Notes under the pieces: generated by a model
What the model saw: only the letters and a program-made list of their open reading frames with translations
What the model was told of the DNA's origin: nothing
The model's database searches: none
Translations under genes and position numbers: made by a program
From: Candidatus Thalassarchaeaceae archaeon
Lineage (GTDB): Archaea; Thermoplasmatota; Poseidoniia; Poseidoniales; Thalassarchaeaceae
DNA: 16,010 bases
Reading direction: 5' to 3'
NCBI GenBank assembly: GCA_030747675.1
Contig: JASLKH010000021.1
Location: 1-16,010, forward strand
In this document: in pieces, positions 1 through 8,652 of the stretch
Layout of the letters: each line of letters opens with the position of its first letter
Numbering within the stretch: position 1 is the stretch's first letter

Positions 1-1
1 A

Positions 2-1405
2 CTTGTAGGATTAGACTATCTTACTTTAGATCGTTCAGCCAACACATTGTCTGGTGGCGAAAGCCAACGAATCCGCTTAGCTACTCAAATCGGAACACGA
101 TTGACGGGAGTAATGTATGTTTTAGATGAGCCAAGCATCGGTTTGCATAGTAGAGACAACGACCGTTTACTTTCAACTTTAAGGGAACTTTGTGATATCG
201 GCAACACACTGATTGTGGTTGAACATGATGAAGCAACCCTTCGCCAAGCAGATTGGTTGGTAGACATTGGCCCAGGAGCAGGGAAAAATGGTGGCCGCAT
301 AGTATCTAATGGCACACTCAAAAAATTATTATCTGCAAAAGAAAGCATTACAGGTGCCTATTTATCTGGCCGTGAAAAAATTCACATTCCTGAACAGCGA
401 ACACCACCAAACGGCTCTAACATTTCTGTAACAAATGCGCGATTGAATAACTTACAACATATCGATATCGACATCCCAATTGGGTGTATGGTGGCGGTCA
501 CTGGTGTTTCAGGCAGCGGGAAATCAAGTTTAGTAACGGGGACAATAGCACCAGCCCTTCAAAGAGATTTGAACAAAGCAGACTCTATTCCCGGACCACA
601 TGAAACAATCACTGGTCATGAAAACCTCGATAAAACGATAGTAATAGATCAGGCCCCCATAGGGCGAACCCCCCGCTCTAATCCAGCAACATACACTGGT
701 GTTTTCACCCCCATAAGAGAACTATTCGCTGAAACAACACTTGCCCGAGAACGAGGTTATGCCCCAGGGCATTTTTCATTTAATGTCAAAGGAGGCCGCT
801 GCGAAGCCTGCAAAGGTGGAGGTTCAAACAAACTTGAGATGAATTTCTTACCAGATGTATGGGTTACTTGTGAAATTTGTAAAGGTGCACGATACACAAG
901 GGAAACTTTGGAAATAAAATGGAAAGGAAGAACCATCTATGATATTTTGAAAATGAGTGTTGCCGAAGCATGTATTTTTTTCAAAAATCAAAGAAAAATT
1001 CACAGGATTTTGAAAACAGTTGAGGACGTAGGTCTAGGATACATTCGTCTTGGTCAGCCAGCTACCACATTATCGGGTGGCGAGGCGCAGAGAGTCAAAC
1101 TTGCCACAGAACTACATCGCCCCGCTAACAAACCTACAGTGTACATTCTTGATGAACCCACAACAGGACTATCGATGGCAGATGTAAAACAATTAATCGA
1201 AGTATTGCATAGAATTCGGACAAATGGTCACACAGTAATAATAATTGAACATAATTTAGATGTTGTAAAATGTTGTGATTGGGTTATTGACTTAGGTCCA
1301 GATGGCGGCGATGGCGGCGGAAACATCGTTGCTGTTGGAACACCCGAAGAAGTTGCAAAGAACTCATCTAGTTACACAGGTAAGTTCCTCGCAGACTACT
1401 TGTAA
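2..1405 (+). CDS. uvrA: Excinuclease ABC subunit A (UvrA), C-terminal part; 5' end lies outside the window
   Basis: The frame is open from base 2 ([31 protein letters not shown]). It contains two ABC signatures ([16 protein letters not shown]), Walker B motifs ([21 protein letters not shown]), the second Walker A (GVSGSGKSS) and the C-terminal Zn finger (GGRCEAC...TCEIC). Stop TAA at 1403-1405. Confidence 0.97.
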   Translation, partial: LVGLDYLTLDRSANTLSGGESQRIRLATQIGTRLTGVMYVLDEPSIGLHSRDNDRLLSTLRELCDIGNTLIVVEHDEATLRQADWLVDIGPGAGKNGGRIVSNGTLKKLLSAKESITGAYLSGREKIHIPEQRTPPNGSNISVTNARLNNLQHIDIDIPIGCMVAVTGVSGSGKSSLVTGTIAPALQRDLNKADSIPGPHETITGHENLDKTIVIDQAPIGRTPRSNPATYTGVFTPIRELFAETTLARERGYAPGHFSFNVKGGRCEACKGGGSNKLEMNFLPDVWVTCEICKGARYTRETLEIKWKGRTIYDILKMSVAEACIFFKNQRKIHRILKTVEDVGLGYIRLGQPATTLSGGEAQRVKLATELHRPANKPTVYILDEPTTGLSMADVKQLIEVLHRIRTNGHTVIIIEHNLDVVKCCDWVIDLGPDGGDGGGNIVAVGTPEEVAKNSSSYTGKFLADYL

Positions 1406-1453
1406 TTAGCACAAGAGCGAGCCGGTTTGTTCAAGGACGTCCATCGAAGGCCG

Positions 1454-1470
1454 CTCCCCCGTAGGGGGAG
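1454..1470 (+). promoter_or_regulatory. GC-rich hairpin CTCCCCC-GTA-GGGGGAG whose 3' arm is the purL ribosome-binding site
   Basis: Perfect 7-bp inverted repeat (1454-1460 / 1464-1470) read directly. GGGGGAGAT resembles the archaeal SD consensus GGAGGTGAT and lies just before ATG 1475. Regulatory function is inferred. Confidence 0.5.
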
Positions 1471-1474
1471 ATGT

Positions 1475-4400
1475 ATGGCAGAGATACCAGTACACCTTGT
1501 CGAAGTCACACCTCGAGAATTGCCTGGTATGCAAGATACCCGGGGAGAAAGTGTCCGAGCGATGCTTGCAAATGATCACAATTTATCTTTTGATAAAATA
1601 CGTTCAATTACCGGTTACCAAGTTAAAGCAAACCTTTCCGCCAAGCAATTGCTAGAATCTCTCCAAAATTTATTCACCGACCCAATTATTGAGCACGGTT
1701 CTGTAAATCAAAGCCTCCTTGACGACCCCAATTTTTTTCCAACAGCCCCAGATGCTGCGATAATGGTCGGATTCAAACCAGGGGTTACAGATAACGCTGC
1801 ACAGGCTGCTTTGGATGGGCTTACCACATTATATCCAGATCAATCTAAATCCGCCAATATTGCAACAACAATGACATTTTTATTTTGGGGACTACCCGAT
1901 AATATCAACTTACTAAATCTTGCAAATATTTTACACAACCCCATGATTGAAAGGGCAGCCATGGCAACCCCCGAACACTGTGCACAAGAAATCTGGCCCC
2001 AATTACCATACCCAGCGCGCCCCGAAGTGGTCTTCGCCCCCCCAACTACAATAGATTTGGAAGTCAGTGACAAAGAACTAATCCGAATTTCAGAAGAAGG
2101 CCTCTTAGCCCTTAATTTAGAAGAAATGCAAGCAATCCAAGCTCATTATCGCAATTCAGAAATTCAATCCATTCGTGAAAATTTAGGCCTCCCCCCTTTA
2201 GCCCCTACAGATGTTGAATTGGAATGCTTAGCGCAAACTTGGTCAGAACATTGTAGCCACAAAATCTTCGCAGCAAAAATCTTTCACAAAGATACCATTA
2301 CAGGGGAAGAAAGTGAAATCAACTCTTTATTCAAAACCCACATAATGCAACCAACTTTAGATATGCAAAAAGAAGTTGATTGGTTACTTAGTATATTTCA
2401 CGACAATTCAGGGGTAATTGAATGGACTGATGACTGGAGCCTTTGCATTAAAGCAGAAACTCACAATTCCCCTAGTGCATTAGATCCCTTTGGTGGAGCA
2501 ATGACAGGAATTGTGGGAGTAAACCGGGATATTTTAGGGACGGGCTTAGGCGCTAGACCAATAGCAAATACAGATGTGTTTTGCTTTGGCCCACCAGACT
2601 TTGCTGGCGAACTCCCTGGGGGCCTATTCCACCCCTCCCGAGTATTGCGGGGTGTACATGCGGGAATAAGAGCAGGAGGTAACGAATCTGGAATTCCAAC
2701 AGTGAATGGGGCAATTGTATTTGATGATAGATTCATAGGAAAACCTCTGGTTTATGCAGGAACTGTTGGGATAATGCCTCGCTATTTGCCCGACGGTAGA
2801 GAAAGTCACGATAAAACCCCTTCATCGGGCGACATTGTGTATATGTTAGGTGGTCGTGTGGGAAGTGATGGCATTCATGGGGCCACATTTTCCAGTCTAG
2901 AATTAACAGAAGAAAGCCCCAGCAGCGCAGTTCAAATTGGTGACCCAATCACCCAGAAAAAGATGCTGGACATGGTCCTTGAAGCCAGGGACCAGGGATT
3001 AATCCAAGTAATCACAGATAATGGGGCTGGGGGACTGTCAAGTAGCGTTGGTGAAATGGCAGAGTTAACAGGAGGAGCCGAATTAGATTTGGCAGCAGTT
3101 CCCCTAAAACAACCAGGTCTTTCACCTTGGGAAATTTTAGTATCAGAAAGTCAAGAAAGAATGACGGTTGGCATAACTGCTGCAAACGTTGCAGCATTTG
3201 AGAAATTAGCATCACTACACGAAGTAGAAGCCACACCAGTCGGTTCATTTACAGATAGTGGGGCATTTATCGTAAAATATGGTAAACAAACAGTGGCTCA
3301 CTTACCAATGAATTTCATGCACGATGGTTGCCCCCAACTTCAACTTCAAAGTGAATGGACACCACCCATAAATGAGGAGCCAATTTTCCCTGACTATGAT
3401 GAAAAAGAAATGGGTTTATTATTGCAAAAATTACTAGCAAGGCCAAACATAGCGAGCAAGGAATGGTGGGTACGACAATACGACCACGAAGTGATAGCAC
3501 AATCAGTAATCAAGCCATTTTGTGGAGTAAATCATGATGCTCCAGGAGATGCCGCGGTCATCGCCCCCCTGCACGGCGAAACGCGTGGCGCAGTCATATC
3601 ATGCGGAATCGTTCCAAGATACTCAGACATCGATGCTTATGCAATGACTGCAGCAAGCATCGATGAGGCGGTTCGAAATGCAGTGTGTGTTGGCGTTGAT
3701 TTGGATAAGATAGCCGGTCTTGACAACTTCTGCTGGCCAGATCCAATCGAGAGTGAAAAGACACCCGATGGGAAATACAAACTTGCCCAACTAGTACGTA
3801 GCAACAGAGCATTAGATGACGTTTGTAGAGCTTACAATTTACCTTGTATATCAGGCAAGGATTCGATGAAAAACGATGCAAAATTAGATGGCAAGAAAAT
3901 CAGTATTCCCCCCACTTTATTGTATACAATTCTCGGAGACCACCAGGATGTTCGCAAAGCTGTCTCCAGTGATTTCAAGGAAAAGGGAGACATCATCTAT
4001 CTTCTTGGGGAAACACACCAAGAGTTGGGTGCAAGTGAATTGAGCTTCCTCCTTTCTGAAGAGAACGATGGGGGCATTGGAAATTCAGTACCCCAAATAG
4101 ACACTACACGCAACCTCGCTATGTACAGGAGTTTAACTTCTGCCATGAAAAGCGGGTTAGTTAGAAGCGCCCATGATTGCAGTGATGGGGGACTGGCAGT
4201 AGCAATTGCAGAATGTTGCTTTGGTTGCGATGGGGGGACAACCATCAATCTTGATGGATTAATATCCACTAGCGTCGATGTTTGGGGGGCCCTCTTTGGA
4301 GAATCCTTAGGTAGAATTGTAGTAAGTGTAACACCAGAAAACGTAAGTAAATTTGAATCTATTTTGAATAAACATTCATTCACTAAATTAGGAGAGGTAG

Positions 4401-4513
4401 GTGACAAGAAGAATTTACAATTTACAGTAAATAATAAACCTATTCTAAAAGCGAAACTATCTCATTTACTTGATACATGGAAGAACACTTTGAACATGGG
4501 GGGTGAGCAATAA
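1475..4513 (+). CDS. purL: Phosphoribosylformylglycinamidine synthase synthetase subunit (PurL) with ~200-aa PurS-like N-terminal extension and no fused glutaminase domain
   Basis: Motifs WSEHCSHKIF, KAETHNSPS, GGAMTGIVG, DNGAGGLSS, SESQERM, ISGKDSMKN and AHDCSDGGL. I prefer ATG 1475 (SD-like GGGGGAG at 1464-1470) to the TTG at 1427. Directly followed by purQ. Confidence 0.95.
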   Translation: MAEIPVHLVEVTPRELPGMQDTRGESVRAMLANDHNLSFDKIRSITGYQVKANLSAKQLLESLQNLFTDPIIEHGSVNQSLLDDPNFFPTAPDAAIMVGFKPGVTDNAAQAALDGLTTLYPDQSKSANIATTMTFLFWGLPDNINLLNLANILHNPMIERAAMATPEHCAQEIWPQLPYPARPEVVFAPPTTIDLEVSDKELIRISEEGLLALNLEEMQAIQAHYRNSEIQSIRENLGLPPLAPTDVELECLAQTWSEHCSHKIFAAKIFHKDTITGEESEINSLFKTHIMQPTLDMQKEVDWLLSIFHDNSGVIEWTDDWSLCIKAETHNSPSALDPFGGAMTGIVGVNRDILGTGLGARPIANTDVFCFGPPDFAGELPGGLFHPSRVLRGVHAGIRAGGNESGIPTVNGAIVFDDRFIGKPLVYAGTVGIMPRYLPDGRESHDKTPSSGDIVYMLGGRVGSDGIHGATFSSLELTEESPSSAVQIGDPITQKKMLDMVLEARDQGLIQVITDNGAGGLSSSVGEMAELTGGAELDLAAVPLKQPGLSPWEILVSESQERMTVGITAANVAAFEKLASLHEVEATPVGSFTDSGAFIVKYGKQTVAHLPMNFMHDGCPQLQLQSEWTPPINEEPIFPDYDEKEMGLLLQKLLARPNIASKEWWVRQYDHEVIAQSVIKPFCGVNHDAPGDAAVIAPLHGETRGAVISCGIVPRYSDIDAYAMTAASIDEAVRNAVCVGVDLDKIAGLDNFCWPDPIESEKTPDGKYKLAQLVRSNRALDDVCRAYNLPCISGKDSMKNDAKLDGKKISIPPTLLYTILGDHQDVRKAVSSDFKEKGDIIYLLGETHQELGASELSFLLSEENDGGIGNSVPQIDTTRNLAMYRSLTSAMKSGLVRSAHDCSDGGLAVAIAECCFGCDGGTTINLDGLISTSVDVWGALFGESLGRIVVSVTPENVSKFESILNKHSFTKLGEVGDKKNLQFTVNNKPILKAKLSHLLDTWKNTLNMGGEQ

Positions 4514-5328
4514 TGCCCAAAGAAGTCCGTGTGGCTGTGTTGTATGGTTTCGGGATTAATTGCGATCACGAAACAAAGGCCGTGTTTGAAATGGCAGGGG
4601 CAACGGCAGAACGCATTCATGTTAATGAGTTAGTAAATGGTGAAAAGACCCTAGCAGACTACCACATTATGGCCGTCCCAGGTGGTTTTTCATTCGGCGA
4701 CCATCTTGGGAGTGGTAGATTACTCGGAAACCGATTACGCTTCGGCCTTCGAGACATGGTTCAAGAATTTGTGAGGTCCGGAAAATTAGTGATAGGCATT
4801 TGCAATGGATTCCAAGTACTTGTGAAGATGGGGCTTCTTCCTGGTGATGAAGAAGTCAGTTTGACACAAACCGCCAGCCTCACACTAAACAATACTGGCC
4901 ATTATGAGGATCGCTGGGTCCATTTGGAATTTGACCCCAATAGCCCCTGTGTGTGGACCAAAGGACTTGAGCGAATACGCGTTCCAGTGCGACACGGTGA
5001 AGGAAAATTTGTAACAACCATTGACGCAAATTTGGACGAATGGTCAGAAAATGGCCAACTCACAGTCAGATATGTAGACCCCACCTCATCATACCCGTCC
5101 GCTAGCGACGACCCACTACCCTTCCCCATATGTCCTAATGCAAGTATGCGCAACATTGCCGGTGTTTGCGATCCATCAGGCCGTGTGTTTGGGTTAATGC
5201 CACACCCTGAAGCAAACCATTCAACATGGTTGGGAGCTACATGGACAAGAGAAATGCCAACCCATGGTGAAGGTGAAGGGATGGCAATATTTCACAACGC
5301 AGTAAAATTCGTTCAAGAGAATTTTTAG
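4513..5328 (+). CDS. purQ: Phosphoribosylformylglycinamidine synthase glutaminase subunit (PurQ)
   Basis: GFGINCD, PGGFSFGD, nucleophile elbow GICNGFQ, RHGEG and catalytic MPHPE. TAATG stop/start overlap with purL; SD GGGGGTGA upstream. Confidence 0.96.
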   Translation: MPKEVRVAVLYGFGINCDHETKAVFEMAGATAERIHVNELVNGEKTLADYHIMAVPGGFSFGDHLGSGRLLGNRLRFGLRDMVQEFVRSGKLVIGICNGFQVLVKMGLLPGDEEVSLTQTASLTLNNTGHYEDRWVHLEFDPNSPCVWTKGLERIRVPVRHGEGKFVTTIDANLDEWSENGQLTVRYVDPTSSYPSASDDPLPFPICPNASMRNIAGVCDPSGRVFGLMPHPEANHSTWLGATWTREMPTHGEGEGMAIFHNAVKFVQENF

Positions 5329-6002
5329 TCCTCTAGAAGATCATCAACACCTTCGATAGCATCTTTGATTTTTTCACGCTTAGCCTTTCTCTCCGCTACG
5401 TGCGCATCTGCGAGCAAATCACGAATATCGTCTGGGACATTTTGCACTGCAGCATTAGCCGAGACCCTATCTGTGAGTGTAATATCTTCCCCAACACGAT
5501 CAGAACGATCAACCTCATCTATTACTTTACTCGGCACCGTTCTTTTTCCAGCGTGCACATCAACACCTAAAGGCAAGTCATCAGAAAGCGCACGAGCAAA
5601 TCGCGCACTTGGAGCCTTATCTTTCCATGGATTTCTATTTGCCATATCTTGTATTAGTGAGCCCTTAGGACGTTTCTTCGCAGCGGCAAAAAGGGCATCA
5701 ATTTCCTCTTGAGAAGGAGGGGTTCTTGGCCCCTCGTGCTGGTTGATGAGATGCACATACCCCCTCAATAATTCACCATGAGTTTCATCATGGTCCATTT
5801 TTTCAGGTGCTGCGAGCATCGAAAGCAATTCTTTGCCCCATCTCGAAACATCGTCATCACTACGAGCAATTCTCTCCCTTACCCTCTCGTGTCGAATAAT
5901 ACAACCTTTACAGCGAGCTGTACCAACTTCATCAATTGCATCACACATCAAGCAACAAACAGCGAACCCCATATCGCTCATTGCTCTCCGGGGTAGTGAC
6001 AT
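5325..6002 (-). CDS. Hypothetical protein with N-terminal CxxC-x10-CxxC putative Zn-binding motif
   Basis: ~225-aa ORF filling the gap between purQ and the protease. Motif CLMC-DAIDEVGTAR-CKGC; charged C-terminus. The start is uncertain (ATG 6002, 5981 or 5972). Confidence 0.8.
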   Translation of the reverse strand: MSLPRRAMSDMGFAVCCLMCDAIDEVGTARCKGCIIRHERVRERIARSDDDVSRWGKELLSMLAAPEKMDHDETHGELLRGYVHLINQHEGPRTPPSQEEIDALFAAAKKRPKGSLIQDMANRNPWKDKAPSARFARALSDDLPLGVDVHAGKRTVPSKVIDEVDRSDRVGEDITLTDRVSANAAVQNVPDDIRDLLADAHVAERKAKREKIKDAIEGVDDLLED

Positions 6003-6089
6003 CAATCACGCATAAACAGCACCTACGAATGAAACATTCCCATCCACGAACCCTCAAAGGCATGGAACTCTTCGTCATGGACAGTTGCC

Positions 6090-6941
6090 ATGGCGGATAA
6101 GAAGACACCCCGCATAGATTTGGTTGAAAATGACCCATTTTCTAAGGCCACAAACCCCACTTCCCATTCAACAGCAAGAGATGATGGTAACTGGCGTCAA
6201 CAGAGTTCAAGCCCCCGCATTGTCCAAATTCAATATTCTCCATTTTCTCGAGGGTTTACACAAGCATACCGTCCAGCACCAACACTTCACACTGGTTCAT
6301 TCTGGCACTTTTCAACAATAGAGTTGAAAGATTTAGCCATATCATTAGCGGCTTTTTCTTTGGGCCTAGCTTTTGTTTTTAATGGAGGTATTTTGGGTGG
6401 GATGTTGGGACTTGGGCCAATGTTATTATTCACCATCCCACTCTTTTTCGTCATGGCCACAATCGCATTCGGTCCCGCATTTATTATCCATGAATTAGCC
6501 CATAAATTCGTAGCCCGACATTATGGCTGTTGGGCTGAATTTAGAGCGGATCCAAACGGCCTCCGAACTGGAGTATTAATTGCATTCTTCATCGGATTTT
6601 TATTTATGGCACCAGGCGCAGTCATGGTCGCAGGAAACGTCACTAGAAAGCAAAATGGAATTATTGCATTAGCTGGCCCCCTTTCGAATCTAGTACTTTG
6701 GATTCTTGCATTACCTGTGTTTATCTTCTTAGGCGACTTAGGGATTATTGGCCAAATAATCGGGCTTTGGCTAGTAGCCAATGCAATCTTAGGAGCCTTC
6801 AACATGCTTCCTTTTGGGCCATTGGATGGCAGAAAAATCAAAGAATGGTCCGAACCAGTATTTTGGTCATATCTAGCAATTTTCATCACAATTGTCTATA
6901 TCACGCTTTTCAAGCAAGAAATGCTTCTTAATCTTGCTTAG
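6090..6941 (+). CDS. Site-2 protease family (peptidase M50) membrane metalloprotease
   Basis: HExxH (IHELAHK) within a hydrophobic segment, ALAGPLSNL, and the NxxPxxxxDG motif (FNMLPFGPLDG); several TM stretches. Confidence 0.92.
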   Translation: MADKKTPRIDLVENDPFSKATNPTSHSTARDDGNWRQQSSSPRIVQIQYSPFSRGFTQAYRPAPTLHTGSFWHFSTIELKDLAISLAAFSLGLAFVFNGGILGGMLGLGPMLLFTIPLFFVMATIAFGPAFIIHELAHKFVARHYGCWAEFRADPNGLRTGVLIAFFIGFLFMAPGAVMVAGNVTRKQNGIIALAGPLSNLVLWILALPVFIFLGDLGIIGQIIGLWLVANAILGAFNMLPFGPLDGRKIKEWSEPVFWSYLAIFITIVYITLFKQEMLLNLA

Positions 6942-8584
6942 TCAAGATAACTATTCAGAATCGGTTGATGGTCAAGATGCAGGAACATCATTGTTCCATA
7001 CCAAGTCATTAAGTCAATTGAATTCACTAGATTTTGCGTCCCAGTTCCGTAATCATTTTCCATCCAATATTCCATTTCATCAACCGTATCACACGTTTGA
7101 TGGTAACAATCGTAACCATCAACAAGTCCTCCGAATCCCACCGTTACAGTTCCTATTTCTTGGAAAGAAGCGTGATCACTCCGGGCAGTAGTTGCTTCAT
7201 TAATGATGACACCAGGTTCCCCCTTCGCTGCCCAATCAGCCTTCAATTCTCCATTGAGTACGGCCAACTCTTCCTCAACACCCAAAGCATCCCCTGCCAA
7301 CCATTCAGCAAGATAGACCATTTCTGGTTGGTTGATAGTATTCTCATCAGTATCTGGACCAATGTATACACGGAACGGCCAATTTTCAGAACTTGCAGGA
7401 TATGACCCATCTCCATTGTTATCAGTTCGATCAGAAGGTGTGCCGTTACCCGGCCAATTTACGCCACCCATATCGATGTTGATGTAATTGGTAATCTGAA
7501 TGTCATCAGGAAGGTCATGGACCCAAGCGATACTCCCGCGCTTACCCCCTTCCTCACTACTCCAGAAACAAAAGACAATTCCTCGGCGCGTGGGAATATC
7601 GAATAGAGCCTCCGCCATATTCAGATTCACCGACGTCCCTACGGTATTGTCGTAAGCTCCCACGCGAGTTCCGTATCCCCGGGGCGTCCCTGATGAAGGA
7701 TCATTGATGATAACCATCGGCGCAATATCGAAATGGGAACCGATGACCATCCATTCATCTGGGAACTCATATCCTTGTTTGTAAGCACAGATATTGTAAG
7801 CCTCTGGATTGCTTTCAGTGTACTGGAATCGGTGATGTCGCACATCCTCATAACCGTAAGATTCGAGTGTGGATTTAATCCAATTTGCAGCATCTTCGTA
7901 TGCAGGATTTCCTTGCCCCGCCCAGCGATCCAAATAACCCTTGGCAAGATCAACATCAAGGGGCGAAAAACTATCGTCGGTGATGAAAGAAAGAGTATCA
8001 TAAGTTCGCTTTCCAGCAACTAAACCTGTACTATGTAGACCACCCTCTTCAATGGGAACATTTGCTGCCATAGGGCGAGTTATTTCAGCAAAACGTATAG
8101 AAACAGGCCCGCCAGTTTCAGTACTATTGGATAATTGAAGCAACCCCCCTTCTTTTTCGGCCTCTACAATTTCAACCCCACGACTTGAATCCATCCCGTC
8201 TGCCGACCACGTTTCCCATGAAATATTCCCTTCTCGAATTGGAAATACATCTTGACCCACCTCACCGATTAAGACCGCAAAAACATCAGCTCTTGGCGGA
8301 ATGAGAATAACAACTTCATCCTCATCGTCAGCCCCCAAATCAAGAACAGTTCCATTTTGAATAAATCCAGTAATAGGTTGAAGAACAAGATATGGGATAA
8401 GAACCCTCATGGCTTTATCAGCATGAAAGTGGACACTTTGAAACTCTCCAGCAGTCAAAGGTTCTGGTGAAATGTCTAAATCATCTGCAGAGGCCAAATT
8501 ACTACCCTCACTCCCAAAGCAGCCTTGGATGCTAGCACCTACAATTAACATCACCAGAAGGATTGGCAACGAGACTCTACGCAT
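6938..8584 (-). CDS. M28-family Zn aminopeptidase, probable secreted lipoprotein
   Basis: Metal-ligand motifs GSHFD, GAYDNTVG, SSEEGGKRGS, INIDM, SDHASF and YHQTCDT. From ATG 8584 there is a signal-like sequence MRRVSLPILLVMLIVGASIQG-C with a lipobox-like Cys22. The longer ORF-track start overlaps the upstream gene. Confidence 0.88.
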   Translation of the reverse strand: MRRVSLPILLVMLIVGASIQGCFGSEGSNLASADDLDISPEPLTAGEFQSVHFHADKAMRVLIPYLVLQPITGFIQNGTVLDLGADDEDEVVILIPPRADVFAVLIGEVGQDVFPIREGNISWETWSADGMDSSRGVEIVEAEKEGGLLQLSNSTETGGPVSIRFAEITRPMAANVPIEEGGLHSTGLVAGKRTYDTLSFITDDSFSPLDVDLAKGYLDRWAGQGNPAYEDAANWIKSTLESYGYEDVRHHRFQYTESNPEAYNICAYKQGYEFPDEWMVIGSHFDIAPMVIINDPSSGTPRGYGTRVGAYDNTVGTSVNLNMAEALFDIPTRRGIVFCFWSSEEGGKRGSIAWVHDLPDDIQITNYINIDMGGVNWPGNGTPSDRTDNNGDGSYPASSENWPFRVYIGPDTDENTINQPEMVYLAEWLAGDALGVEEELAVLNGELKADWAAKGEPGVIINEATTARSDHASFQEIGTVTVGFGGLVDGYDCYHQTCDTVDEMEYWMENDYGTGTQNLVNSIDLMTWYGTMMFLHLDHQPILNSYLD

Positions 8585-8652
8585 TAAACCGGCGAATACC
8601 ATTGTATTGTTGAACCCACCGCCCGTACGCGCGAAAGCCGCAAACGGTCTTA

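Noticed and set aside
47-49. ORF-track start of UvrA at TTG 47
   Set aside because: The frame is open and UvrA-like from base 2; the gene is truncated by the window edge.
1301-1318. Tandem repeat GATGGCGGC x2
   Set aside because: It encodes the Gly-rich GPDGGDGGG motif normal at the UvrA C-terminus.
1415-1470. purL leader as a tRNA remnant (CCCGTAGGG resembles a Leu-tRNA variable arm)
   Set aside because: No T-loop, acceptor stem or anticodon arm can be built around it.
1427-1474. Longer purL start at TTG 1427
   Set aside because: The added MFKDVHRRPLPRRGRC is not PurS/PurL-like, and an SD-like sequence sits before ATG 1475.
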